Assembly: GCA_905216025.1 (NCBI GenBank)
Contig: CAJMSE010000013.1
Span: 15,195-79,194, forward strand
Reading direction: 5' to 3'
DNA from: an uncultured bacterium
GTDB taxonomy: Bacteria; Bacteroidota; Bacteroidia; Bacteroidales; Bacteroidaceae
Length of the DNA: 64,000 bases
The notes under the pieces are model-generated. The model made no database searches and was not told where the DNA came from. It worked only from the letters and a program-made list of their open reading frames with translations. The number at the start of each line of letters is the position of its first letter. The first letter of the stretch is position 1. This document shows positions 26,595 to 36,541 of the stretch, in pieces. The translations under genes were made by a program, and so were the position numbers.

Positions 26595-27353
26595 TCATAT
26601 ATGCCTTCTTCTGAATTCCGAGCACGTGATGGCCGTAGCGATGGCCACGTTCAGGCTCTCCGCGGTGTTGCCCTCGCAGAAGTCGGGAATGAGCAGCCGC
26701 CTGCTGACGATCTGTCTTACGGCCGGCGATATCCCCTTGCCCTCATTTCCGAACACGATGATGCCGTCGGCGGTCAGTTCCTGGGTGTAGATGTTGTCGC
26801 CGTCGAGGAGCGTTCCGTAGACGGGTATTGCCTTGTCGAGGGCGGAGAGTGTCCGGCAGAGGTCTGTATAGATGATGCGCGTCCGTGCGATGCTGCCCAT
26901 CGTGGCCTGCACCACCTTCGGATTGTAGGCGTCTGCCGTGTCGTGGCTGCATAGTATGGTTCTTATTCCGAACCAGTCGGCAATTCTTATTATAGTCCCG
27001 AAGTTACCGGGGTCCTGCACTCCGTCAAGGGCGATGGTCAGTCCGTCGCCCGGCCGGACCGTCCACATGTCGTCGCCGGCCTGCCTGGGGATGGGAAAGA
27101 CGGCCAGAACCTGCTGCGGATTCTGCAGGAAACTGAGCCGGTACAGCTCGTCTTCGGTTATCTCCATGGCTCCGGCCGTCGTACCGTTGTTGGCGGCAAT
27201 CCACTCGCGGGTGGCATAGAGGTGCACGGGAGACGCATGGCGCATGAGGTCTCCTACTACTTTTGGGCCTTCGGCGACAAACAGTCTTTCGGCCGTCCGC
27301 TTCTTTTTCATCTCAAGCGAACGGACGAACTTTATCGTATTTTTACTTATCAT
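26595..27353 (-). CDS. TrmH/SpoU-family RNA 2'-O-methyltransferase
   Basis: Track ORF 26595..27380 begins with GTG. I prefer ATG 27353 (MISKNTIKFVRSL). SpoU motifs VFGNEGKGIS and ESLNVAIATAI. Confidence 0.8.
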   Translation of the reverse strand: MISKNTIKFVRSLEMKKKRTAERLFVAEGPKVVGDLMRHASPVHLYATREWIAANNGTTAGAMEITEDELYRLSFLQNPQQVLAVFPIPRQAGDDMWTVRPGDGLTIALDGVQDPGNFGTIIRIADWFGIRTILCSHDTADAYNPKVVQATMGSIARTRIIYTDLCRTLSALDKAIPVYGTLLDGDNIYTQELTADGIIVFGNEGKGISPAVRQIVSRRLLIPDFCEGNTAESLNVAIATAITCSEFRRRHI

Positions 27354-27391
27354 AGGAATCGTCGGTTTGTAAAAAGTCACTAAAGATTCAG

Positions 27392-27399
27392 CAAAATTA
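27392..27399 (-). promoter_or_regulatory. -7 promoter box TAATTTTG for the TrmH-family gene
   Basis: Plus strand reads caaaatta, 39 nt upstream of ATG 27353. Confidence 0.4.
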
Positions 27400-27411
27400 C
27401 GAATAATGTTT

Positions 27412-27419
27412 TAACTTTG
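27412..27419 (+). promoter_or_regulatory. -7 promoter box TAACTTTG for the Omp85-family gene
   Basis: Exact TAnnTTTG match 19 nt upstream of ATG 27438. Confidence 0.45.
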
Positions 27420-27437
27420 CAACTTTAAAAGATATTA

Positions 27438-29654
27438 ATGCGATACCATATATATATATGCGCGCTCCTGTGGGGCGTACTGACAGTGTCCTGTTCAAGC
27501 ACCAAATACGTGCCTGAAGGGTATTACCTGTTGAACAAGGTCGATGTGAAGGTGGAGCCGGAAAAGGACGGCACCAATGTCGGCGAGCTGCGCTCGTACG
27601 TGCGCCAGCAGGGAAACTCGCGGTGGTTCTCCACGCTCAAGATACCGCTCGGCACCTACTCGCTTTCAGGGCGTGACAGCACGAAATGGATTAACCGCAT
27701 ACTGAAGTCGATGGGAGAGGCTCCCGTGCTCTACGACTCCATCCGGACGCTGCAGTCGTGCAGGGACTTGCGGGCCAAGATGTTCGGCGACGGATATCTC
27801 GATGCCGGCGTATACACCCGTACGGCCGTCAAGGGGAAGAAGATTAACGTGACGTATATCGTCAATCCGGGAGAGCATTATAGAATAAGAAATGTGCAGT
27901 ATGACATCAGGGACTCGCTCGTGGCCGGATTCCTGGCTGAAAACAAGGCTTTCGCTCAGGGACTGCGTCCGGGCATGCGGTTCAGTATAACGGCTCTTGA
28001 CGCGGAGCGCAACCGGATTGTGGACATGCTCGTGAACAGCGGCTACTACAGGTTCAACAAGGATTTCATAACCTACAGTGCCGATACCATGGCCGGACAT
28101 AAGGTGGTCGACGTGACCCTGATTCTCAATAAATACAGGGCAAACAACTCGGCAGCCGAGACACCACACAAGAGGTATACTGTGGGGACGGTCACCTTCC
28201 ATAGCGGAGACCCTGCGGACAGCGTGATACATCTGCGCAGGAAGGTGCTGGAGGCAAACACCTTCATAGAGCCGTCGCGCTTCTACTCGGCCCGTGAGCT
28301 TCAGAAGACGTACAATCATTTCGGCCGTCTGCAGGCTGTGAAGTATACGAACATAGGCTTCCGCGAAGTGCCGGACAGTGCCTTGCTGAACTGCCGCATA
28401 CAGGTGAGCACCAACAAGGCCAGCACCATCAGCTTCCAGCCCGAGGGAACGAACACGGCCGGCGACCTGGGAGCGGCCGCAACGCTGGCATACCAGAACC
28501 GAAACCTGTTCCATGGTTCCGAGGTTCTCAGCCTGGAGGCGCGCGGTGCCTACGAGGCCATACGCGGACTTGAGGGCTATGCCAACGATAACTTCGAGGA
28601 GTACGGGGTCGAGGCGCGCCTGATGTTCCCACGCTTCATTGCTCCTTTCCTGCCGCGCAGTTTCAGACGGCGCATCACAGCCACGTCTGAGGTGTCGGTG
28701 TCATATAACCTTCAGAACCGTCCGGAGTATCACAGGCGGGTGCTTGCCGCGGCATGGAAGTATAAATGGAACGATGCCAACCACCACGACAGATACCAGA
28801 TAGACCTGCTCGACCTCAACTATGTGTCGATGCCGTGGATATCCAGCAAGTTCAAGACAGACTATCTGGATGATGCATCGAACAGGAATGCCATCCTGCG
28901 GTATAATTACGAGAATCTCTTTATCATGAAATTCGGATTCGGATACTCTTATAATAATAAGAGGTACGCGATAAAGAGCTCGGTTGAGACGGCCGGAAAT
29001 CTGCTCAACCTGTTCTCGCATGCTATTGATGCGTCAAGGAATGAGCTTGGAATGTACAAGCTGTTCAACATCGCTTTCGCCCAATACGTGAAGTGCGACC
29101 TTGAGTATACTGCCAACTGGAACATCGATTACAACAACACTCTGGTGTTCCACTTCGGTCTCGGGATTGCCTATCCGTACGGCAACAGCACCATACTGCC
29201 CTTTGAGAAGCGCTACTTCTCTGGCGGCGCCAACAGTGTGAGGGGATGGAACGTGCGCGGGCTCGGTCCGGGGCGTTATGTAGAGAAGGACGGCAACATC
29301 AATTTCATAAACCAAACGGGTGACATGAAGATTGACCTGAACGTTGAATACAGGGCGCATCTGTTCTGGAAGTTCAACGGCGCGCTGTTCATCGATGCCG
29401 GAAATATATGGACTCTGCGCGATTATCCCGAGCAGCAAGGCGGCCAGTTCCGCTTAAACGGATTCTTGAAGGAAATGGCTGTAGGTTACGGAATGGGCTT
29501 AAGGTTTAATTTCGACTATTTTATACTGCGCTTCGATTTTGGTATGAAGGCCGTTAACCCTGTGTACAATACAAATAAGGAGCACTATCCGATAATGCAT
29601 CCGAGGCTCAGCCGCGACCTCACCTTCCACTTCGCAGTAGGTCTTCCGTTCTGA
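27438..29654 (+). CDS. Omp85/BamA-TamA family outer-membrane protein with lipoprotein-type signal (TamL-like)
   Basis: 738 aa. N-terminus MRYHIYICALLWGVLTVSCSS has a lipobox-like Cys. The C-terminal half has the bacterial surface-antigen barrel character (RYFSGGANSVRGW). Confidence 0.75.
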   Translation: MRYHIYICALLWGVLTVSCSSTKYVPEGYYLLNKVDVKVEPEKDGTNVGELRSYVRQQGNSRWFSTLKIPLGTYSLSGRDSTKWINRILKSMGEAPVLYDSIRTLQSCRDLRAKMFGDGYLDAGVYTRTAVKGKKINVTYIVNPGEHYRIRNVQYDIRDSLVAGFLAENKAFAQGLRPGMRFSITALDAERNRIVDMLVNSGYYRFNKDFITYSADTMAGHKVVDVTLILNKYRANNSAAETPHKRYTVGTVTFHSGDPADSVIHLRRKVLEANTFIEPSRFYSARELQKTYNHFGRLQAVKYTNIGFREVPDSALLNCRIQVSTNKASTISFQPEGTNTAGDLGAAATLAYQNRNLFHGSEVLSLEARGAYEAIRGLEGYANDNFEEYGVEARLMFPRFIAPFLPRSFRRRITATSEVSVSYNLQNRPEYHRRVLAAAWKYKWNDANHHDRYQIDLLDLNYVSMPWISSKFKTDYLDDASNRNAILRYNYENLFIMKFGFGYSYNNKRYAIKSSVETAGNLLNLFSHAIDASRNELGMYKLFNIAFAQYVKCDLEYTANWNIDYNNTLVFHFGLGIAYPYGNSTILPFEKRYFSGGANSVRGWNVRGLGPGRYVEKDGNINFINQTGDMKIDLNVEYRAHLFWKFNGALFIDAGNIWTLRDYPEQQGGQFRLNGFLKEMAVGYGMGLRFNFDYFILRFDFGMKAVNPVYNTNKEHYPIMHPRLSRDLTFHFAVGLPF

Positions 29655-30060
29655 AATCGACCTTCCATACTTTGTTCCTCGACACCGCACGCAGTTCAAA
29701 GACCTCTTCTCCGGTTATTGAACCGTGAGTCTCTACGGAGTCCGGCCGCAGCCAGTTGCATACCGTCACAGTGGCAGTGGCTGTCGTATCTCCTGCTCCG
29801 AGCTTTATGTCTCCGACAGTCACGGAGGCCATGTCCATGCTTCTGAGCAGTGATATGTCGCTGTCGGTGATGATGGAGGCTGTGTATGAAATCCATTTCC
29901 TGCTTTCCGGAGTACTGTATTCCAGCGCTTTCTTAAGGTCGTAATTGAAATATGCCTCGCTGAACGACGCGACATAGTCTTTTACTTGCTCCTCGTCGGG
30001 GTTGCCGCTGCAAGACAGGCAAAGCGTGCATGCAGCCAGTATCGGTAATCTATAATCCAT
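29620..30060 (-). CDS. small lipoprotein, function unknown
   Basis: 146 aa. MDYRLPILAACTLCLSCSG lipoprotein signal. The 3' end overlaps the convergent Omp85 gene by 35 nt. Confidence 0.6.
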   Translation of the reverse strand: MDYRLPILAACTLCLSCSGNPDEEQVKDYVASFSEAYFNYDLKKALEYSTPESRKWISYTASIITDSDISLLRSMDMASVTVGDIKLGAGDTTATATVTVCNWLRPDSVETHGSITGEEVFELRAVSRNKVWKVDFRTEDLLRSGR

Positions 30061-30092
30061 AATATTCCTGCCGTTACACTGATAAAACTTCG

Positions 30093-30100
30093 CAAAGATA
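30093..30100 (-). promoter_or_regulatory. -7 promoter box TATCTTTG for the small lipoprotein gene
   Basis: Plus strand reads caaagata, 33 nt upstream of ATG 30060. Confidence 0.4.
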
Positions 30101-30133
30101 CCAAAATCATTTGGTTATCATTCAGTTTTTTGT

Positions 30134-30141
30134 TACTTTTG
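30134..30141 (+). promoter_or_regulatory. -7 promoter box TACTTTTG for the MBL-fold hydrolase gene
   Basis: Exact TAnnTTTG match 18 nt upstream of ATG 30159. Confidence 0.45.
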
Positions 30142-30158
30142 CACAAAACAAAGATAAA

Positions 30159-30962
30159 ATGCTGAATTTTATATCCTTTGGCAGCGGTAGTAGCGGAAAC
30201 TGCTATTATCTTTTCACGGATACTGACGGACTGCTGATTGATGCCGGTGTCGGGGTGCGGACGCTTAAAAAACACTTCAAAGATTATGGGCTGAGCATGG
30301 ATTCGGTGCATAATATCATTGTCACACATGATCATGCCGACCATGTCAAGTCTGTCGGATGTCTGAGCAAGGACCTCGGCGCTCCGGTGTATACGACAAG
30401 GGAGGTGCATGCCGGCATAAGGCACAACTATTGTGTGCACCATAAGATTGCTCAGGAATATGCCTGCAACATAGTAAAGGGAGAGACCTTCGAAGTGGGT
30501 GAATTCAAGGTTACATCATTCGGAGTGCCTCATGACAGCTCTGACAATGTTGGCTATTTTATCGAGTGCTGCGGCGTGAACTTCTGTCTGATAACGGATG
30601 CCGGAAGCATCACGGACGAGATGGCAGGACGTATCGGGCAGGCAAACTATCTGGTGATAGAGGCTAACCACGACGAAGAGATGGTGGAGAAAGGGCCTTA
30701 TCCGGCATATCTGAAAACACGCATACTCAGCAGTAAGGGACATCTGAGCAATTCGGCGTGTGCCAAGGCGTTGGCCGAGAATGCGACGGAAGCGTTGAAG
30801 AGGGTGTGGCTTTGCCATCTGAGTGAGGAGAACAACCATCCGGAACTGGCACGCAAGACGATAGAGAATATCCTCGGGACGTATGGAATCGTTGTCGGCG
30901 AGGAGTTCGAGCTTGACATATTGAAGCGTAAGACGCCGTCCGGAATTTACGTGTTGGAGTAG
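30159..30962 (+). CDS. MBL-fold metallo-hydrolase
   Basis: Track ORF 30111..30962. I prefer ATG 30159 (MLNFISFGSGSSGNCYYL). Metal-binding motif VTHDHADHV. Confidence 0.8.
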   Translation: MLNFISFGSGSSGNCYYLFTDTDGLLIDAGVGVRTLKKHFKDYGLSMDSVHNIIVTHDHADHVKSVGCLSKDLGAPVYTTREVHAGIRHNYCVHHKIAQEYACNIVKGETFEVGEFKVTSFGVPHDSSDNVGYFIECCGVNFCLITDAGSITDEMAGRIGQANYLVIEANHDEEMVEKGPYPAYLKTRILSSKGHLSNSACAKALAENATEALKRVWLCHLSEENNHPELARKTIENILGTYGIVVGEEFELDILKRKTPSGIYVLE

Positions 30963-30996
30963 CACGGTTTGTAAATGAATCAACAAAGTGAAATCA

Positions 30997-32313
30997 ATGA
31001 TAGACAATATACTTGCAAAGTTGAAGATAACGGAGCTTAATCAGATGCAGCAGGAGTCGTACAGCAGTATCATGAATACTGACGGCGACCTTGTCATACT
31101 GTCCCCGACAGGCACCGGCAAGACGCTCGCGTATATGCTGGGACTGGCCGGAATTCTGAATCCGGATGCCGATGAGGTGCAGGCGCTGGTCATAGTGCCG
31201 GGCCGCGAGCTGGCGCTACAGTCTGACGGAGTGCTGAAAAGCATGGGAACGGCGCTCCGTTCGGCAAGCTGCTACGGCGGAAGGCCGGCCATGGACGAGC
31301 ACAGGACTTTGAAAAAGGTGCGCCCGCATATCATATTCGGCACCCCCGGACGGCTCAACGATCATATAGATAAGGGCAATATATCTCCCTACGGAATACG
31401 GTATATCGTCATTGACGAGTTTGACAAATGCCTCGAGATGGGATTCCATCAGGAGATGGCGCGTCTGGTGAAGAGTCTGCCCGGAGTGAGGCGCAGGTTC
31501 CTGCTCTCTGCAACGGACATGGAGCAGATACCGGAGTTTGTCCGTGTCGGCGGCATGGTGAAGCGGAGCTACATCGACAGCATCAATAATATATCAGAGC
31601 GGGTAAGCTCCTATACGGTGAAGAGTGCGTCGAAGGACAAGCTCGAGACGCTGGACAGGTTGCTGAGAGCGCTGGGAGAGGGCAGCTCCATCGTATTCCT
31701 GAACCACCGTGAGAGTGTCGAGCGCGTCTATGGATATCTCGCAAGCCGCGGTTTTGTGGCCTGTCAGCTGCATGGCGGACTTGACCAGAAGCTGCGCGAA
31801 TATTCTCTTTACAAGTTCAGCAACGGTTCGGCAAATGTCCTTGTTGCAACGGATTTGGCATCACGGGGAATTGATGTCGACAATGTAAGCAATATAATAC
31901 ATTATCAGTTGCCTTATACTAAGGAGGAATACATACACCGTACCGGCCGCACTGCCCGTTGGAAGGCCGGAGGAAACGTGTTCTTCATATTGGGACCGGA
32001 TGAATCTTGCCCTGAATTCATAGAGTCGCCGTGCGAATCCTACTGTATACCAGACGGCGACGGAGAACTGCCCGTTCCGCAGATGAACACATTATATATA
32101 GGTAAGGGTAAGAAAGACAAGATCAGTAAGGGCGATATCGTAGGCTTCCTGTGCAAGAAAGGCGGACTGAAAGCTTCCGAAATAGGACGTATCGATGTGG
32201 AGGATAGATATACATACGTTGCCGTTCAGCGCACAAGGATAAACCAATTGCTCAGTCAAGTGTGCGGAGAAAAGATAAAAGGAGTAAAAACCGTGGTGGA
32301 AATTATCAAATAG
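30997..32313 (+). CDS. DEAD-box ATP-dependent RNA helicase with DbpA-type C-terminal RNA-binding domain
   Basis: The track ORF starts at GTG 30988. ATG 30997 is preferred. Motifs SPTGTGKT, VIDEFD, LSATD and HRTGRTAR. Confidence 0.85.
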   Translation: MIDNILAKLKITELNQMQQESYSSIMNTDGDLVILSPTGTGKTLAYMLGLAGILNPDADEVQALVIVPGRELALQSDGVLKSMGTALRSASCYGGRPAMDEHRTLKKVRPHIIFGTPGRLNDHIDKGNISPYGIRYIVIDEFDKCLEMGFHQEMARLVKSLPGVRRRFLLSATDMEQIPEFVRVGGMVKRSYIDSINNISERVSSYTVKSASKDKLETLDRLLRALGEGSSIVFLNHRESVERVYGYLASRGFVACQLHGGLDQKLREYSLYKFSNGSANVLVATDLASRGIDVDNVSNIIHYQLPYTKEEYIHRTGRTARWKAGGNVFFILGPDESCPEFIESPCESYCIPDGDGELPVPQMNTLYIGKGKKDKISKGDIVGFLCKKGGLKASEIGRIDVEDRYTYVAVQRTRINQLLSQVCGEKIKGVKTVVEIIK

Positions 32314-32440
32314 ACACCAAAAAGCGGTTGCCCGTTGCATTTTTGCTAAAAATATTTTGTCAGATGGAATAAATAGTATAACTTCGCAGACAGATTACGA
32401 ATAAAAGACTCTCATTAATAATATCTAATTTAATAATCAA

Positions 32441-33508
32441 ATGAAGAAGTACAACTTTAATGCTGGTCCCTCGATGCTCCCCCGCGAAGTGATTGAGAAT
32501 ACCGCAAAGCAGTGTTTAGACTTCAATGGTTCCGGACTCTCTCTTATGGAGATAAGCCACCGTGCCAAGGACTTCCAGCCCGTTTTAGATGAGGCCGAAG
32601 CACTTATAAAAGAACTGCTGCAGATACCGGAAGGCTATTCTGTAATATTCCTGGGTGGCGGTGCCTCTCTTGAATTTTGCATGATTCCGTATAACTTCCT
32701 TATCAAGAAGGCTGCCTATCTGAATACAGGTACATGGGCTAAGAAGGCTATGAAGGAAGCCAAACTCTTTGGTGAGGTTGTGGAAGTAGCTTCTTCTGCT
32801 GACGCAAACTATACGTTCATCCCCAAGGACTGGACATGCCCCGCAGACGTCGACTATCTGCATATCACGACAAACAATACTATCTACGGTACGGAGATCC
32901 GCAAGGAGCTTGACGTTAACGTACCTATGATTGCCGATATGTCATCGGATATCTTCAGCCGCCCGGTTGATGTGCGCAAATACGACTGCATCTATGCCGG
33001 TGCTCAGAAGAACCTTGCAATGGCAGGCGTCACTCTTATTATCTTGAAGAACGACAAACTGGGCAAGGCTCCGCGTCAGATTCCTACCATGCTGAACTAT
33101 CAGACGCATGTAGAGAAAGGCTCGATGTTTAATACTCCTCCTGTCGTTCCTATATATTCGGCTCTTGAGACCCTGCGCTGGATAAAGGGAAATGGTGGCG
33201 TTGAGGCCATGGATAAGCTGGCTCAGCAGCGTGCTGAAATCCTGTACGGTGAGATAGACCGCAATAAACTGTTCCGCGGTACTGTCAAGGAAGAGGATCG
33301 TTCGGTGATGAACATATGCTTTGTGATGAATGATGAGTATGCTGAGCTTGAAAAGCCGTTCTTCGAGTATGCCACATCCAAGGGCATGGTCGGCATCAAG
33401 GGCCACCGCAGCGTGGGCGGTTTCCGTGCAAGCTGCTACAATGCGCAGACCATAGAGGGCGTCAATGCGCTCGTTCAGTGCATGAAGGAGTTTGAGGCTC
33501 AAAACTAA
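32441..33508 (+). CDS. serC: phosphoserine aminotransferase
   Basis: 355 aa. [18 protein letters not shown]-terminus. Class V aminotransferase. Confidence 0.9.
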   Translation: MKKYNFNAGPSMLPREVIENTAKQCLDFNGSGLSLMEISHRAKDFQPVLDEAEALIKELLQIPEGYSVIFLGGGASLEFCMIPYNFLIKKAAYLNTGTWAKKAMKEAKLFGEVVEVASSADANYTFIPKDWTCPADVDYLHITTNNTIYGTEIRKELDVNVPMIADMSSDIFSRPVDVRKYDCIYAGAQKNLAMAGVTLIILKNDKLGKAPRQIPTMLNYQTHVEKGSMFNTPPVVPIYSALETLRWIKGNGGVEAMDKLAQQRAEILYGEIDRNKLFRGTVKEEDRSVMNICFVMNDEYAELEKPFFEYATSKGMVGIKGHRSVGGFRASCYNAQTIEGVNALVQCMKEFEAQN

Positions 33509-33523
33509 AATCAAAGACATAAT

Positions 33524-33558
33524 AGCCTGAGTGGAATCCTTCTGCTCAGGCTTTTTTG
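33524..33558 (+). terminator. hairpin + T-run after serC (attenuating or partial terminator)
   Basis: 8-bp stem agcctgag/ctcaggct followed by ttttttg. Confidence 0.55.
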
Positions 33559-33606
33559 TTTCAAATTAATCCATTTCATTAATAACAATCTAACATCAGA
33601 CTATTT

Positions 33607-34524
33607 ATGAAAGTATTAGTTGCCACCGAGAAGCCGTTTGCCGCAGCCGCAGTGAACGGTATCAAAGCAGAGATTGAGTCGGCAGGACATGAGCTTGTCT
33701 TGCTTGAGAAGTACACAGAGAAGTCTCAGCTGACCGATGCGATAAAGGATGCAAATGCCGTTATCGTGCGTTCAGACAAGATAACGGCAGACATTCTGGA
33801 TGCTGCAAGCGAACTGAAGATAGTCGTAAGAGCCGGTGCGGGTTACGATTCTATCGACACCGAGTATGCCAAGCAGAAGGGTGTCGTTGTAGAGAACACC
33901 CCCGGACAGAATGCCAATGCCGTGGCCGAGCTTGTTTTCGGCATGCTGGTATTTGCCGTACGTAACTTCTACAACGGCAAGGCAGGCACCGAGTTGAAGG
34001 GAAAGAAGCTCGGAATACTTGCCTTCGGAAATGTAGGACGCAACGTTGCGCGCATCGCCGCTGGCTTCGGCATGGACGTATATGCCTATGACGCATTCTG
34101 CACCAAGGAGGCGATAGAGAGCGCCGGCGTGACGGCCGTGGCTAATGCAGACGAGCTTTTCAAGCAGTGCGACATCGTCTCTCTCCACATCCCAGCCACT
34201 CCCGAGACCAAGGGAAGCATCAATTACGATGTGGTAGGTCAGATGAAGAAGGGCGCTATCCTTGTAAACACTGCCCGTAAGGAGATTATCGATGAGGCCG
34301 GCCTGCTGAAGCTCATGGCAGAGCGTGACGACATTAAGTACATCAGCGACATCAAGCCCGATGCGGATGCCGAGTTTGCAAAGTTCGAAGGCCGTTATTT
34401 CTCCACTCCCAAGAAGATGGGAGCCCAGACCGCAGAGGCAAACACTAACGCCGGAATAGCTGCAGCAAAGCAGATAAACGCTTTCTTCGCAACCGGAGAC
34501 ACGAAATTCCAGGTAAACAGATAA
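33607..34524 (+). CDS. serA: D-3-phosphoglycerate dehydrogenase (short form, 2-hydroxyacid dehydrogenase family)
   Basis: 305 aa. NAD-binding motif GILAFGNVGRNVA. Adjacent to serC. Confidence 0.8.
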   Translation: MKVLVATEKPFAAAAVNGIKAEIESAGHELVLLEKYTEKSQLTDAIKDANAVIVRSDKITADILDAASELKIVVRAGAGYDSIDTEYAKQKGVVVENTPGQNANAVAELVFGMLVFAVRNFYNGKAGTELKGKKLGILAFGNVGRNVARIAAGFGMDVYAYDAFCTKEAIESAGVTAVANADELFKQCDIVSLHIPATPETKGSINYDVVGQMKKGAILVNTARKEIIDEAGLLKLMAERDDIKYISDIKPDADAEFAKFEGRYFSTPKKMGAQTAEANTNAGIAAAKQINAFFATGDTKFQVNR

Positions 34525-34528
34525 TGCC

Positions 34529-35776
34529 ATGGCTGTAGTAAAACCATTCAAGGGAGTGCGTCCTCCCAAGGAGTTTGTCGAGAGAGTGGAGTCGCGTCCC
34601 TACGACGTGCTTAACTCAGAGGAGGCAAGGGAAGAGGCCGGTGACAATGAGATGAGCCTTTATCATATCATAAAGCCGGAGATAGACTTCTCGCCAGAAA
34701 CCAGCGAGTATGATCCGAAGGTCTATGGGCAGGCCGCTGCCAACTTCAAGAAGTTCCAGGAGAAAGGCTGGCTGGTGCAGGACACTGACGAGCAGTATTA
34801 CATCTATGCCCAGACAATGAACGGCAAGACCCAGTACGGTCTTGTTGTGGGTGCCTATGTAGACGACTATATGACGGGCGTGATAAAGAAGCACGAGCTC
34901 ACGCGCCGCGATAAGGAAGAGGACCGCATGAAGCACGTGCGCGTAAACGACGCCAATATAGAGCCCGTATTCTTCGCATATCCCGACAATGAAGTGCTGG
35001 ACACGCTCATAATGCGCTATGCCGCCACTCAGCCGGAGTATGATTTCATCGCTCCGATAGACGGTTTCCGCCATCAGTTCTGGGTCATATCGGATGCGGG
35101 CGATATCAAGACGGTTACGGATGAGTTTGCCAAGATGCCGAGCCTGTACATCGCCGACGGCCATCACCGCTCTGCCGCGGCTGCCCTTGTCGGTGCTGAG
35201 AAGGCAAAGCAGAACCCTAATCATACCGGAAATGAGGAGTACAACTACTTTATGGCCGTATGCTTCCAGGCCTCTCAGCTCACCATCCTCGACTACAACC
35301 GCGTCGTCAAGGACCTGAACGGACTTGAGCCGGCACAGCTTTTTGCTGCGCTTGAAAAGAACTTTACCGTGGAAGACAAGGGTACGGACATCTACAAGCC
35401 AGCCCGCCTGCATGAGTTCTCGCTCTATCTCGACGGCCATTGGTACTGCCTCACGGCAAAGACCGGCACTTACGATGAGAGCGACCCCATCGGAGTGCTC
35501 GACGTTGACATTTCGAGCCGTCTGATACTCGACGATATTCTCGGCATCAAGGACCTGAGAAGCGACAAGCGCATCGACTTTGTCGGTGGCCTGCGCGGAC
35601 TCGGAGAACTGAAGCGCCGCGTCGACAGCGGAGAGATGCGCATGGCTCTGGCTCTCTATCCGGTATCCATGCAGCAGATAATGGACATTGCCGACAGCGG
35701 CAAGATAATGCCTCCTAAGGCTACATGGTTTGAGCCTAAACTGCGTTCGGGCCTTATCATCCATAAATTGTCATAG
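34529..35776 (+). CDS. DUF1015 domain protein
   Basis: 415 aa. SLYIADGHHRSAAA motif, which I recall as characteristic of DUF1015. 4 nt downstream of serA. Confidence 0.75.
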   Translation: MAVVKPFKGVRPPKEFVERVESRPYDVLNSEEAREEAGDNEMSLYHIIKPEIDFSPETSEYDPKVYGQAAANFKKFQEKGWLVQDTDEQYYIYAQTMNGKTQYGLVVGAYVDDYMTGVIKKHELTRRDKEEDRMKHVRVNDANIEPVFFAYPDNEVLDTLIMRYAATQPEYDFIAPIDGFRHQFWVISDAGDIKTVTDEFAKMPSLYIADGHHRSAAAALVGAEKAKQNPNHTGNEEYNYFMAVCFQASQLTILDYNRVVKDLNGLEPAQLFAALEKNFTVEDKGTDIYKPARLHEFSLYLDGHWYCLTAKTGTYDESDPIGVLDVDISSRLILDDILGIKDLRSDKRIDFVGGLRGLGELKRRVDSGEMRMALALYPVSMQQIMDIADSGKIMPPKATWFEPKLRSGLIIHKLS

Positions 35777-35817
35777 TCTACAGACAGCATTAAGCAATCA
35801 GTTTTCACACAGATTGA

Positions 35818-36405
35818 ATGACAGACGAATATAAAACCATTTCAAATACAAAAGGCGAGGGATATTACACCGAGAAGCGGAGTAAGTTCCTTGCCTTTTC
35901 TCATCATGTCGAGTCGCTCGACGAGATAAAGGACCTGCTGGCCGGATACCGCAAGAAATACTACGATGCCCGCCATGTGTGTTATGCCTACGTGCTCGGT
36001 CCGGACCGCGATACGTTCCGCGCGAACGACGACGGAGAGCCGGGCAGCACTGCCGGAAAGCCCATTCTCGGACAGATAAACAGCAATGAGCTTACCGATA
36101 TCCTCATTGTCGTAGTGAGATACTACGGAGGCATCAACCTCGGAACCGGCGGACTGATAACGGCATACCGTGCTGCGGCTGCGGCTGCCATAGAGAACTC
36201 GGAGATTGAGACCCGCCAGTCGGAGGAGGAAATAACCTTCGGTTTCCCGTATGTGATGATGAACAGTGTGATGAGGGTGATAAAAGAGATGGCTCCGCGT
36301 ATAGTCTCGCAGACGTACGACAATACCTGTGAGATAAAAATGCGCATCCGGAAGTCGGAAGCCGGGGCTTTACGCGCAAAGTTAGATAAATTATCCTTTG
36401 AATAA
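35818..36405 (+). CDS. yigZ: YigZ/IMPACT-family protein (UPF0029)
   Basis: 195 aa. EKRSKFLAF, ARHVCYAY and DDGEPGSTAGKPIL motifs. Confidence 0.8.
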   Translation: MTDEYKTISNTKGEGYYTEKRSKFLAFSHHVESLDEIKDLLAGYRKKYYDARHVCYAYVLGPDRDTFRANDDGEPGSTAGKPILGQINSNELTDILIVVVRYYGGINLGTGGLITAYRAAAAAAIENSEIETRQSEEEITFGFPYVMMNSVMRVIKEMAPRIVSQTYDNTCEIKMRIRKSEAGALRAKLDKLSFE

Positions 36406-36429
36406 TTTTGCCGTTAACAAAATAAGTAT

Positions 36430-36437
36430 TACCTTTG
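36430..36437 (+). promoter_or_regulatory. -7 promoter box TACCTTTG in front of tRNA-Ser
   Basis: Exact TAnnTTTG match 12 nt upstream of the mature tRNA 5' end. Confidence 0.5.
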
Positions 36438-36448
36438 CATCGGAAAAA

Positions 36449-36536
36449 GGAAAGTTGGCAGAGTGACCGAATGCGCTGGACTCGAAATCCGGTATACCCA
36501 TTGCGGGTATCGGGGGTTTGAATCCCTCACTTTCCG
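36449..36536 (+). tRNA. tRNA-Ser (anticodon CGA), type II with long variable arm
   Basis: Hand-folded. Acceptor stem GGAAAGT/ACTTTCC with discriminator G. Anticodon stem CTGGA/TCCGG with loop CT-CGA-AA. Variable arm ATACCC-attgc-GGGTAT. T arm GGGGG-TTTGAAT-CCCTC. No encoded CCA. The T loop reads TTTGAAT rather than the usual TTCGAAT. Confidence 0.85.
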
Positions 36537-36541
36537 CTCAG

